A DNA stretch of 64,000 bases from the NCBI GenBank assembly GCA_046290225.1, contig JBKAGE010000037.1, positions 32,001-96,000 on the forward strand. The letters run 5' to 3'. This DNA comes from Bradymonadia bacterium (GTDB taxonomy: Bacteria; Myxococcota_A; Bradymonadia; UBA7976; UBA1532). The notes under the pieces are model-generated. The model was not told the origin of the DNA. It saw only the letters and a program-made list of their open reading frames with translations, and ran no database searches. Shown here piece after piece: positions 27,529-37,421 of the stretch (positions are counted from its first letter, which is position 1; each line of letters starts with the position of its first letter). The translations under genes were made by a program, and so were the position numbers.

Positions 27529-29988
27529 ATGATCATCGCAGTGAACCCCAAGCTGAAACGCATCACCCGCACGCTCGGCAAGCTCACCCTCTGGACCCTG
27601 GCGCTGCTCATGATCGTCTGGGGTGGCCTCGAAATCACCGTAAGACTCTTCCCCTACGATCGCGCCGCCCTCAACCCCGGGTTCCCTGAGTCATTGCGCA
27701 TCCGAGATCGACACGGCCAGCTGCTGCGCGAGGCCGTGAACGCCGACGGGCACCGAGCGCGCTGGACCCCGCTCAACGAGATCTCACCGTTGGCGATCCA
27801 GGCCACCATCGCCGTCGAGGATCATCGCTTTTACGCACATGACGGCGTCGACCCCTCTGCCGTGATCCGCGCCATCAAACAGAACGTGAGCGAGGGCCGT
27901 ATCGTCTCCGGGGCCAGCACCCTCACCATGCAGCTCGCCCGCCTCGTGAAGCCCCACCCGCGCAGCTTCTGGAACAAGATGGTCGAGGCGTTTCACGCCC
28001 GACGCATCGAGCAGACCCTCGGCAAAGACGAGATCTTGGAGCAGTACCTCAACCGGGCGCCGTACGGCTCGGGGGCCATCGGCATCGAGGCCGCCAGCCT
28101 GCGCTACTTCGGCAAGCCCAGCATGCACCTGAGCCTCGCCGAGGCCGCCCTCGTCGCCGGGCTGCCCCAGGGGCCCGGCTATCTGAACCCCCTCAGGCAC
28201 CCCGAGCGGGCCAAGAATCGTCAGCTCACAGTGCTTCGGCGCATGCTCGAAGAAGGCCTCGTCTCCCAGCAGAGTCACGATCGCGCCCTGAACACGCCCT
28301 TACGCTATGTGCAGGCTCCCACCCAGCCCATGGCGCTGCACTTCACCGACGCGGTCATCGAGCAACATCGGGCTTTGATGCGTGACGGCGGCGACTTCGA
28401 CACCACCCTCGATCTCGCGCTGCAGCGCGATGTCGAGGCCATGGTGCGCGATCATGTGGCTCACCTGAAGGATCGCGGCCTCACCAACGCCGCCGTGGTG
28501 GTGCTCGACAACGATCAATGCGAGGTGCTCGCCATGGTGGGCAGCGCCGACTACTGGGGCAGCGACGACGGCGCGGTGAACGGGGCCATGGCGCTGAGGC
28601 AGCCTGGGAGCACGCTCAAGCCCTTCACCTATGCTCTGGCCTTCGAGCAGGGATACAGCCCTGCCTCCATCGTGCCCGACGTGGAGACCTGGTACGAAGA
28701 CCCCACAGGGCAGCGCTACAGCCCGCAGAACTATCACAAGACCTATCTGGGTCCGGTGATGATGGGCGAGGCCCTCGCCCGCAGCCTCAACGTCACCGCC
28801 ATCCGCACGGCCCAGCTCGTGGGGGCAGAGCGACTGCTCGATCGTTTGAAGGCCGCGGGCTTCGACAGCCTGAACGAGAGCATCGATCACTACGGCCTGG
28901 GCATTACCCTCGGCAACGGCGAGGTCACCTTGCTGGAGCTCGCCCGAGCGTATGCCATGTTCCCCCGGGGCGGCCACGCCTGCACCCCGAGGATGCTCAA
29001 GCATGCCGCCGGCGGCGAAGCCACCCAGCAGGTCTTCGATCCGGTGGTCTCGGCCTTGATCACCGACGTGCTCGCCGACGAGCGGCTTCGGGCCCTGGCC
29101 TTCGGCACCAACAACGCGCTGATGCTCGGGTTCCCTGTGGCGGTGAAGACCGGCACCACGGAGAACTGGCGCGACAGCTGGGCTGTGGGCTTCACGGGGC
29201 AATACACCGTGGCGGTCTGGGGCGGCGACTTCGAGAACCGACCGATGCACAGCCTCGCGGGCATGGCCGGGGCGGGGCCGCTGTTCCACCGCGTGATGAA
29301 GCGGGTCGCCGGCTCTACTGGGGAGCGGGGCCTGCCTCTGGGCCGCTTTGCAGGTCCTGGTAGCCGTAAGCAGAACGGTGACGATCCCCAACAGCGGGTG
29401 GCCGACACGCTGCGGGAGGTCGTCATCTGCCCCACCTCGGGCAAGGCCCCCACGGCCCATTGCCCCGGCACGCGGCTGGTGCGGACTCAGGTGAGGCCCG
29501 GCACCCCGAGCGCCGAGGTCCTCGAAGCGGATGACTGGATGCAGCCTGTGGCCCTCGATGCCCGTAACGGACTGCGCGCTGGACCCCACTGCCCCAAGCG
29601 CTTCGTAAAGCACACAGCCTTCGCCCACCTGCCTGCGGAGTACGCCGAATGGCAAGTGACCTCGCAAGACCTGCCCCCAGCGCCAGTGCAGTATTCGCCG
29701 CTCTGCCCTGCTGAGGGGCCCATCCCCGATGCGCTGGTGATCACGCACCCCGCCCCTGGCGATGTCTTCGTGGTGGATCCGGGCATGGCCGGCGAAGCTC
29801 AACGCATCGCCCTCAAGGGCATGGTGGATCCGCCTTCTCCTTCGGTGGAGTGGCGCCTCGATGGCCGCAAGGTGGCGAAGTCAGAGTGGCCCTACACTGC
29901 GGAGTGGGCGCTGGCTCGGGGTGAGCACACGCTCGAATTGGTGGGGTCTGGAGGGAAGAGCGATCCAGTGGTGTTCGAGGTGAGGTGA
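27529..29988 (+). CDS. pbpC: Penicillin-binding protein 1C
   Basis: Transglycosylase motifs EDHRFYAHDGVD and GASTLTMQLAR; transpeptidase motifs STLK, SLN and KTGT; PBP1C C-terminal domain; adjacent to alpha-2-macroglobulin. Confidence 0.93.
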   Translation: MIIAVNPKLKRITRTLGKLTLWTLALLMIVWGGLEITVRLFPYDRAALNPGFPESLRIRDRHGQLLREAVNADGHRARWTPLNEISPLAIQATIAVEDHRFYAHDGVDPSAVIRAIKQNVSEGRIVSGASTLTMQLARLVKPHPRSFWNKMVEAFHARRIEQTLGKDEILEQYLNRAPYGSGAIGIEAASLRYFGKPSMHLSLAEAALVAGLPQGPGYLNPLRHPERAKNRQLTVLRRMLEEGLVSQQSHDRALNTPLRYVQAPTQPMALHFTDAVIEQHRALMRDGGDFDTTLDLALQRDVEAMVRDHVAHLKDRGLTNAAVVVLDNDQCEVLAMVGSADYWGSDDGAVNGAMALRQPGSTLKPFTYALAFEQGYSPASIVPDVETWYEDPTGQRYSPQNYHKTYLGPVMMGEALARSLNVTAIRTAQLVGAERLLDRLKAAGFDSLNESIDHYGLGITLGNGEVTLLELARAYAMFPRGGHACTPRMLKHAAGGEATQQVFDPVVSALITDVLADERLRALAFGTNNALMLGFPVAVKTGTTENWRDSWAVGFTGQYTVAVWGGDFENRPMHSLAGMAGAGPLFHRVMKRVAGSTGERGLPLGRFAGPGSRKQNGDDPQQRVADTLREVVICPTSGKAPTAHCPGTRLVRTQVRPGTPSAEVLEADDWMQPVALDARNGLRAGPHCPKRFVKHTAFAHLPAEYAEWQVTSQDLPPAPVQYSPLCPAEGPIPDALVITHPAPGDVFVVDPGMAGEAQRIALKGMVDPPSPSVEWRLDGRKVAKSEWPYTAEWALARGEHTLELVGSGGKSDPVVFEVR

Positions 29989-29992
29989 CGCC

Positions 29993-31738
29993 TCACTTCC
30001 ACAACATCTTCGGCGTGCGGCCTTCAGTGACCAGCGCGATGGCCTCCTTCGCCTGTTGCACCACCACCCGCTCCCGCGAAGCCGACGTCAGCCAGTGCAT
30101 CACCCCACGGATCGGCCAGGGGCTCTTCAAACGGCGGGCGAGGCGGCAGGCGGCGATGGGCGTCTTCACGTGGTGGGCCAGGAAGATGGCTCGGGCTACA
30201 TGATCCCCCATGATCGTGTGGTGGATGATCTGCTGCTCGATCACGTCGATCTGCCCGTTGGCCATCAGCGCCTCCGCCGAGGCCAGCACCCCCTCTCGAT
30301 CACCACCCTTCAGTGACGCCCAGAGCAACTCCGCGTCCCCAGCAGGCGTAGGGGGCTGCCACTCTGGCGCATCTGAAGCGCGACCGCCCACCACGAAGCG
30401 GGCGGCGAGGCACACGAGGCGTAGCGCCGCTCGTCGATCTCCCACGTGGGGCAGCGCCACCAGCAACGCCTCGGCGTGGGTGAGCAGGTGAGTGGCGAAG
30501 AGCCAAGTATCTTGCACGTCGAGGCGGCGATCGATCTCAGGATCAAAGCGCGCCAGACGGCGGCTCGCCGCCAGGGCCACCGCCTCGGCGCACGTCACCA
30601 GCGAGGCTCCGTCCACGACCGCGTCGAGGATCACGTCAACAGCCCCTGAGGTCGGCGCCTCCAGCAGACGCTCGGCGAGCTGCCCCCGGGCGATGGGATC
30701 CCCCTCACCCTCGAGGCCTTCCACATGGGGCAGCACAGCCTCCAAGCGCTCGGCCATGCGCGCGTTGAAGCTGCGCCAGGCAGGCAGCGTATCTTCCCGG
30801 GTGCCGTTCACGAGGCTCGTGAGCACCCCGGGCAAGATCTCGGAGGCCAGCGGCCAGCCCACGGACTCGAGCAGTTCAAACGCCTTCACCACATAGATGA
30901 GCCCGTGGCCGAAGCTGAGCAGGTGAGCGGCGTTCACCCGAATCAACCAGGGCATCACTTCTTCCACCGAGGCCCCGGTGTCGAGCATGCCCCGCAACAG
31001 CCCTTCCGCTCGGGGCAAGTCTTCCTTCTCTACCGACTCGAGCAGCGCCTCACCCCAACCTTCGTCTACGGCGAGGGCGGGATACATCGGTCGTCGTGGA
31101 CGGCGGACCAGGAACAGCGCGTTCATCTCCAGGGCCTGGGTCAACGCCACCACTCGGGCCTCGAGCGGGTCCACACGGCCATCGGCGATCAGCAGCTCGA
31201 TCACCCGGAATGTATCGGCAGCCACTGGCAGGCCATGATCATTCCCATACTGGCCGCGCTGGCAGTCTTCCGCGGCGGCGTACGCCAGAATCTCAGCGCT
31301 CATCTCGTGATCGTCGCCGGTCTGGAGCAGGCGCACCACATCCCGCGCGAGCTGCCCTGGTCGGCGCTCGTACAGCGCCCCAGCGAGGCTCTCGAAGATG
31401 GCCGGGCGCAACGTCGCCGGATCCGGCTCGGTGAGGTCAACCTCGATCACGCCCTCTCGACGACGCACCGGCCAGGACTTCACCGCCTCCTCTCCTTTGA
31501 GGCAGGCGCCGTCACGCAGGTCGAACTTGAAGTTGTGCCAGCTGCAGGTGAGCGTGCAACCGTCCAGTACCCCCTGGGCCAGAGGGTAGCCCTCGTGAGG
31601 GCAGCGGTTGTCCACGGCGAAGATCTCACCGTCGTCGAGGTGGAACACGGCGATTTGATGGTGAGCGTGCTTGAAGACTTTGCGGCTCCCCCGAGGCAGC
31701 TCGTCTTCAGTGAAGGTACGGGTCCAGTGCGTGCTCAT
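29993..31738 (-). CDS. Rieske [2Fe-2S] ferredoxin domain fused to a long helical domain
   Basis: NRCPHEGYPL...TCSWHNFKFDL; helical C-terminal region with conserved His residues (FGHGLIY, THLLTHA). Confidence 0.82.
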   Translation of the reverse strand: MSTHWTRTFTEDELPRGSRKVFKHAHHQIAVFHLDDGEIFAVDNRCPHEGYPLAQGVLDGCTLTCSWHNFKFDLRDGACLKGEEAVKSWPVRRREGVIEVDLTEPDPATLRPAIFESLAGALYERRPGQLARDVVRLLQTGDDHEMSAEILAYAAAEDCQRGQYGNDHGLPVAADTFRVIELLIADGRVDPLEARVVALTQALEMNALFLVRRPRRPMYPALAVDEGWGEALLESVEKEDLPRAEGLLRGMLDTGASVEEVMPWLIRVNAAHLLSFGHGLIYVVKAFELLESVGWPLASEILPGVLTSLVNGTREDTLPAWRSFNARMAERLEAVLPHVEGLEGEGDPIARGQLAERLLEAPTSGAVDVILDAVVDGASLVTCAEAVALAASRRLARFDPEIDRRLDVQDTWLFATHLLTHAEALLVALPHVGDRRAALRLVCLAARFVVGGRASDAPEWQPPTPAGDAELLWASLKGGDREGVLASAEALMANGQIDVIEQQIIHHTIMGDHVARAIFLAHHVKTPIAACRLARRLKSPWPIRGVMHWLTSASRERVVVQQAKEAIALVTEGRTPKMLWK

Positions 31739-31879
31739 CACACACTCCTCGATAAATCCACATATCGAGAAGTTTGAGTCAGCACACCTGCTCTGGGTTT
31801 CCTCGGCAACGCACAAATCTGATGCCGGAAGTTCAACAAGCTGTGTGGTTGCGGTGGAGCGCTGGTCGCAGTTCCGCAC

Positions 31880-32758
31880 TCAGGGGCAGGGCTCGAAGGT
31901 CTCGACCGGCCGTGCGGGGCGGCCGTTGACCGAGACCAGCACCACGCCGGTCTCGGGGGTCTCGGCGGTGAAGGTCATGGTGGTCTCCAAGCGGCCGAGG
32001 GTGTAGCTCACCGAGCCTGCGGTGGGCAGACACACAAGAGGCTCGAAGAGCAGCATGTCGAGGGTGAAGCCAGTCTCGATCTCCGGAGTGGCGATGGTGC
32101 CCATGCCATCGAAGGTCACGCCAGTCTCGGGCACCCGGGCGATGGCCACGTCTTCGAGGGTGAGATCGATGGACAGCTGGTCCGAGGTGTAGCTCAAATC
32201 CGAGTTCACGATGAAGCTGGGCTCTTCGCCCCCCTGGAGGCTCAAGGCAACGTTGCCGTTGAAGCTCTGCGCGTTGACGTCGAAATCCTCGAGGCCCAGG
32301 TTGAAGGTCACCGACTCCCCTTCAGTGGAGGCGCCGAGACTCACCGTGCCATCGACGTTGACCTCCTGGGCGCCGAGCACACAGCTGTCGAGTTCGAGGC
32401 TGAGCGTGGCGTCGCCCCAACTCAATGACGCGCAGCCCACATTCACCTCTTGCGCCTCGATGATGGCGCGCACGTGCTCACGCAGGGCCTGCAGCCTCTC
32501 CCGAATGGGTCGGTCATCCGCCCCGCGCATTCTGTCTGCGCTCTGTGCGTCGACGAGGCTGCTCGCAGCGTTCTGCGCGCTCAAGCCGTCGATCATCCCC
32601 CGCATCATGGCGGACTCTTGAGTGCTGATGGCGATCTCCTCACCGGGCGCGCTCGCCTCCGGCGCTTCGGTGGGATCAGAGGTGGTGTCTTCGCCGCAGC
32701 CAGTCAGGGCGAAGGGCAACACACAGCTCAGCATCAGGGTCTTGTAGGTGAAGTTCAT
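31880..32758 (-). CDS. Hypothetical lipoprotein
   Basis: LTGC lipobox; beta-rich acidic body. Confidence 0.65.
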   Translation of the reverse strand: MNFTYKTLMLSCVLPFALTGCGEDTTSDPTEAPEASAPGEEIAISTQESAMMRGMIDGLSAQNAASSLVDAQSADRMRGADDRPIRERLQALREHVRAIIEAQEVNVGCASLSWGDATLSLELDSCVLGAQEVNVDGTVSLGASTEGESVTFNLGLEDFDVNAQSFNGNVALSLQGGEEPSFIVNSDLSYTSDQLSIDLTLEDVAIARVPETGVTFDGMGTIATPEIETGFTLDMLLFEPLVCLPTAGSVSYTLGRLETTMTFTAETPETGVVLVSVNGRPARPVETFEPCP

Positions 32759-32882
32759 CGTACGTCTCTCCGTGGCCGTGGTCTCAGTCGGTTCTGAAAT
32801 CACGGTAGAGGACGTAGCTTACGGTTCTCTTAAGGGGGGTGACTTGGCGTGTCGAGCGCCTCGACAAAGAGGCATCGACCTT

Positions 32883-33209
32883 TCACGGCAAGGCGACCTG
32901 AAGCTCCACGTGGGTCACGCACTTCGGCGGCGGGTTGCCCTCCGTGGGCACTGTGCACCACGGATCGTCGATGGGCGAAACTTCAGCGATCTCTCCGAGG
33001 CGCATACAGCGCCACGCGCCCCCTTCGGGCAGGCCACTGTGACTGCCGCCGCCGAACTGGAACACCAGCACGTGGGGCTCGTCGTCGACGTTGCGGCCGA
33101 GAATGTGTGGCGCGCACAGGCGCTCGAGGCCCTGATACACCATGCGCACTGAGGTGCGCCCCTTGATGGCGTCGGCGAGTGTCGCCCGAATCGAAGTATC
33201 TGCAGACAT
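32883..33209 (-). CDS. Stand-alone WYL-like domain protein
   Basis: AIK.R..V.M.Y.G.ER..APH.LG...WR.MRL..I pattern resembles the WYL SH3-like fold. Confidence 0.6.
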   Translation of the reverse strand: MSADTSIRATLADAIKGRTSVRMVYQGLERLCAPHILGRNVDDEPHVLVFQFGGGSHSGLPEGGAWRCMRLGEIAEVSPIDDPWCTVPTEGNPPPKCVTHVELQVALP

Positions 33210-33242
33210 CGTCCACCTCCAGTTTCAGCAATCTCTACCGCA

Positions 33243-34163
33243 TCAACGGGCGCTGGCGCCCTCGACGAAGGGGTTGGTGTTCCCCTGAACCGCTCGAACC
33301 TTCGCCGCCCAGGCCCGCTCGGCCCGGGTCGGCGGATCTTTCTTGTGCCACGACAGCATCATGCGTCGGGTCGAGGCGTCGAGGATACCCCGGTTCGGAT
33401 ATGCCCAGTCCATGTACAGATAGGTTCGGGCGATGTCACCGCGGATCGACGCCTTGGGCTCGACCTGCTTGTTGTCGATCTCCACGTCGCAGCGGCCGTA
33501 CTCCCGCTTCTCACCGGGGATCTCGGCCATGACATAGTTCGAGCGGTTCCCGTTCACCTCGCCGATGGCCGGCCGCAGGTTGTAGAGGTCGGCCTCCATA
33601 CGCTGGAACAGACCGCTGACCTCGCCGACACACTTCCTGCCCTTGAACTTCTTGCGGCGCTTGTAACAACGCTCGTGGCCCTCGGTCCACGCTTTGAACG
33701 TACGCCCGAAGGCCGAGGCGGGCACCACGTGCTCCCACTCGATGCGGGCTGCGCGCTCGGGATCTTTGCGCACCGTGTAGCCACACGAGGCGTGGTCCAC
33801 CTTCTTGCCGGTGTAGGTGCAGCCACAATAGAAGGTCTTCTCGGCGCCCTTGAAGATGTTCGGCAGCTTCTTCTTGGCGGCGCCGAAGGTGCGCACAGTG
33901 TTGTTGCCCCGTTTGGGGTACTCGAGCTTGGGCAGGGTGAACTGACCCATACCTGCGGCCTTCGCCGGATCAGGGCCCGTGAGGGCGTCGTTGGTGGTGG
34001 CTGCGGCCACAGGAGCTTTGGGCGGAGCCTTCGAGCCCCCCTTCTTCTGCTCGGTGTACTTTTGCCAGATCAAGAAGCCGGCGACGGCGATGATGATGAG
34101 GGCCTGAATCCACTTCTGGTTCAAGGTGACCTGCTCCTGCGCACGTGATGTCGCCCGTATCAT
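33243..34163 (-). CDS. Endonuclease I (EndA/Dns family), membrane-anchored
   Basis: Motifs FYCGC, RIEWEHVVPA, ADLYNLRPAIGEVN, RGDIARTYLYM and QGNTNPFV; N-terminal TM helix. Confidence 0.92.
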   Translation of the reverse strand: MIRATSRAQEQVTLNQKWIQALIIIAVAGFLIWQKYTEQKKGGSKAPPKAPVAAATTNDALTGPDPAKAAGMGQFTLPKLEYPKRGNNTVRTFGAAKKKLPNIFKGAEKTFYCGCTYTGKKVDHASCGYTVRKDPERAARIEWEHVVPASAFGRTFKAWTEGHERCYKRRKKFKGRKCVGEVSGLFQRMEADLYNLRPAIGEVNGNRSNYVMAEIPGEKREYGRCDVEIDNKQVEPKASIRGDIARTYLYMDWAYPNRGILDASTRRMMLSWHKKDPPTRAERAWAAKVRAVQGNTNPFVEGASAR

Positions 34164-34221
34164 ATGCGACTTTTCGCCCCTCGACGCCGCAGACTGCCCT
34201 TTGATTTGATACAACCCTCAC

Positions 34222-35256
34222 ATGACCGATCGCGCCGCCCACATCCTCGAGCGCAAGGTGCGCTATCACCGCACCGATTTGAGCGCATCTGGCATGGAGT
34301 CCCGCCTGCGTCGCGAGCGTCGGCTGCTCAATGGCCACATCGACACGCTCAGAGATCTTCAGGGGCAGAACGCCGAGGTGCAGCACGCCCTCGACGAAGA
34401 GATGTCGCGGCTGAAGAGCCTCTCCACCCAGGTCGCCGAGATCGGCGATCGCGCCCAGGAGAGCTTCTGGAGCCGGTTCAGGGAGACGCTCTCTTTTCTA
34501 CCTGGCCTCGAAGCCCCCAGCGAAGAGCTGCGATCCGTCGAGGCGATGCTGCGCGAGCAGTACGCTCACAGCCTGCGCCGGTTGAGAGAGGCGGCGGACT
34601 TCGCCGATCGGCTCGAAGCGGGAGAGCAGGATCTCTACGACGAGATCGAGCGCCTCGGTCAGGAGATCATCAAGGCCTCTGAAGATGCCGAGCAGGCTCA
34701 AGGCCAGGTCGCCGAGCTCGATGTCTTGATCGACGAGCTGACGGCGCGGCTGTCCGACTGCTCACCCGGCAGTCGCGACGCGCGTCTGATCGAAGCGCGC
34801 ATCGATCGCGCCCGCCGTCAGAGTACCGAACACGAGGGCCGCCGTCGGCTCTATCAGAGCACTGGCGCGCGCCTGGCCACGATGAAGCGCACCACCACGG
34901 GACTCGCCGACACGCTTGGCCAGCTGCGCAGCGACATCAGCACCTATGTGCATCACGCCAGCGTACGCCTCGACACGGTGGCGAATCAGATCAACGCCAT
35001 CGGCGCCGCCGCCGACGCCGGCGTCGTGGTGCAGGATCTCGTGCGGGCCCTCGACGGCATGAACGCCGCTCTCCACGAGGCCACGGCCTTTGTCATTCAA
35101 ACCCAGCAGTACTTTCGCGCCCACGTCGACACGCTGGTGGCCGATCTCGACGCCAAGGCCCACGAGGAGCAGGCGCTGCTCGCTCAAGCGGCGGCCTACA
35201 ACCAGGCCATGGACGAGATCAGGGAGATCGAGCACCGCAAGGGGCGCACCCTGTGA
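34222..35256 (+). CDS. Coiled-coil hypothetical protein
   Basis: Long heptad-rich alpha-helical ORF with typical codon usage. Confidence 0.65.
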   Translation: MTDRAAHILERKVRYHRTDLSASGMESRLRRERRLLNGHIDTLRDLQGQNAEVQHALDEEMSRLKSLSTQVAEIGDRAQESFWSRFRETLSFLPGLEAPSEELRSVEAMLREQYAHSLRRLREAADFADRLEAGEQDLYDEIERLGQEIIKASEDAEQAQGQVAELDVLIDELTARLSDCSPGSRDARLIEARIDRARRQSTEHEGRRRLYQSTGARLATMKRTTTGLADTLGQLRSDISTYVHHASVRLDTVANQINAIGAAADAGVVVQDLVRALDGMNAALHEATAFVIQTQQYFRAHVDTLVADLDAKAHEEQALLAQAAAYNQAMDEIREIEHRKGRTL

Positions 35257-35280
35257 GCGCCACATCGTGAGCATCCCATC

Positions 35281-36243
35281 GTGAAGACCATCGATCTCGA
35301 CGTATCCCGACAGCGTGATTACCTGGCCCTGGCCACCGCCCTGGTGAAGGGGGGACGCGTGAGCCTGCAGTGGCCTCCGCTGCGGCCCATCGCCAACGCC
35401 CTCGCCGCCATGGGGCCTGACCTGCATCACGGGGCCTACCCCACCCTGCAGGTCGATCTGAACACTGGCCTGCCCACATGGCGGGAGTGGCAGCGAGTGA
35501 GCACCGACCATGAGATGGCCGCTGAGACACTCGCCGGGCTCGGTGATCCCGCAGAGCTCGAGCGCCGTGGTCACGGCGCGGCAGAAGGCTCGGTGCATCA
35601 TCGACGATGGAACCGCTATCGCTATCTGAAGGCCCTGAGCACAGCCCCAGCGCCCCCCAGCGATCGCCTCGATGTTCAGCTGAGGCGCATCGAAGGCGAA
35701 GCCACCTCGGTGGCGCTGCAGATGGACAAGTTCGATGCAGGGGGTCTCTTCGTGCGCATGTCGGTCGAGCTGCGAGAGATCTCGGGCACCGAGCACATCA
35801 TCCGCGAGGGCGAAGAAGTGATGCTCTCCGAGCAGCTGCGCAGCATGCTCTATCGCGCCTCGGGCCTCACCGCAGAGACCACCCACCTGCTGCTCTCCGC
35901 TCAGGGTGACCTGCACGTGGAGCGCGTAGTCCGAGCGGTGGTGGGGCCGCTCTCGCTGCCTGATCTGAACGATTCAGGTGCGCAGCTCGACTCAGGGCAC
36001 CTGGCGCTGAGCCTCGACATGACCGCCTTCGACTTGTCGGCAGATCGCCACAACGATCCCGAGCGGGTGGACGAGCAGCTCGACGATGATCGCCGAGGGG
36101 CGCGACGCCGCTTGGGCTACCGTGTCTTCACTGACCGACGCTTCGTCGCCACCGCGGACGCCGCCACTGCGGTGAAGACCCGCTGCGCCGAGGCGGGCAC
36201 TCGGAACACAGTGCGGACCATCCGCCTGAGGAAAACTTTGTGA
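35281..36243 (+). CDS. Hypothetical protein (probably co-transcribed with the upstream coiled-coil gene)
   Basis: 320-aa ORF starting 24 bp after the upstream stop. Confidence 0.6.
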   Translation: MKTIDLDVSRQRDYLALATALVKGGRVSLQWPPLRPIANALAAMGPDLHHGAYPTLQVDLNTGLPTWREWQRVSTDHEMAAETLAGLGDPAELERRGHGAAEGSVHHRRWNRYRYLKALSTAPAPPSDRLDVQLRRIEGEATSVALQMDKFDAGGLFVRMSVELREISGTEHIIREGEEVMLSEQLRSMLYRASGLTAETTHLLLSAQGDLHVERVVRAVVGPLSLPDLNDSGAQLDSGHLALSLDMTAFDLSADRHNDPERVDEQLDDDRRGARRRLGYRVFTDRRFVATADAATAVKTRCAEAGTRNTVRTIRLRKTL

Positions 36244-36281
36244 GGCACACACCGTGAAGATGAGTCTGCCGCAGACTCTGA

Positions 36282-37274
36282 TCACTTGCCCAACTTCTGC
36301 CGCGCCTCTGCCCGCATGGGATCGTGGTAGGTGCGCTGGTAGTAGAAGAAGCTGGTGACGCTGGCATCGCCGATGGCGAAGGTGAACTGCTCGCGAGCGC
36401 CACCGGCCCAGCCTTCGTAGTCGATGGGCAACATGTCGACCACAGTGGAGACAGAGTAGCCCGGTGCGATGCGCGCCGGGTTGGCGTCCGCAGGCATGCC
36501 TTTGGCATTGGGCATGGCATGGGCCTGCCCAAGGTGCACATAGAGCAAGCTCTCGTCCCACAAGATCTCGCCGCCCTTCTCCAACAGCGCCGGCACCGTC
36601 ACGATCTCCTTGGAGGTGTTGGTCACGGTGATCTTGAACTTGCCGTCGCCGAAGGGGTTGCTCCACTTCACATCTTGCTCTGGGGCCACCTGCTCCACGT
36701 CGATCTGCACATGGGGCCCGACCCGCAGTGAACGGCGTCCGACGATGGGGGCCTTCACCGAGCCATCTTTGAGCACCCAGCCCACAGGCTCTGCGCTGGC
36801 TCGGGTGGCGCGGGCGACGTTCTCCTTCGTGGGTTGGGCGATGCCCCTGATGGACCAGCTCACTGGGGGCGCGTTGTGCTCTTTGAGCTTGAGGGTCTGC
36901 ACGTTCCGGTTGATGCCCAGCAACACCGAGTCGCCCACCCTGGGGATCTCGGCTTCGAAGATGGTGTGCAGATAGACCGGCTCGGTGGCGCCTGGGTGCC
37001 GACCCTTAATGTGCTGTGTCACGTCGATGTTGAGGGCCACGACGTGCTGCGCCGGGTAGCTCTCCAACACGTCGTGGGTGACGATCTTGGCGATCCTGGC
37101 CACCACAACGGTGTCCGACTGATTCATGGCCTGTGTGGTGACATATTCGACTGGAGGTGGGCTGTGCTCCAGTGCCCCTGCGACACGCTCGGGGTTTCGC
37201 TGGGCCTGGGCGCTGGCGCTCAGAGCGGCGAGGAGAGTGAGGGCGCAGGCGATCGAGTTGAGAGGCTTGGACAT
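36282..37274 (-). CDS. Secreted hypothetical protein
   Basis: Signal peptide ending AQA; normal codon usage. Confidence 0.6.
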   Translation of the reverse strand: MSKPLNSIACALTLLAALSASAQAQRNPERVAGALEHSPPPVEYVTTQAMNQSDTVVVARIAKIVTHDVLESYPAQHVVALNIDVTQHIKGRHPGATEPVYLHTIFEAEIPRVGDSVLLGINRNVQTLKLKEHNAPPVSWSIRGIAQPTKENVARATRASAEPVGWVLKDGSVKAPIVGRRSLRVGPHVQIDVEQVAPEQDVKWSNPFGDGKFKITVTNTSKEIVTVPALLEKGGEILWDESLLYVHLGQAHAMPNAKGMPADANPARIAPGYSVSTVVDMLPIDYEGWAGGAREQFTFAIGDASVTSFFYYQRTYHDPMRAEARQKLGK

Positions 37275-37421
37275 TTCGGGGATGCTCCGCATTCATTTCG
37301 TGTGCAGGTTGGCTGACGAAGGCTGTCACGTGCGCCTCCAGGAAAAGTTCTGACAAAAATCCTGGAAAACGCTCGGCCACACCGGACACCTGCGGTTTTC
37401 TTCTACGTACAGGGGCGACTC

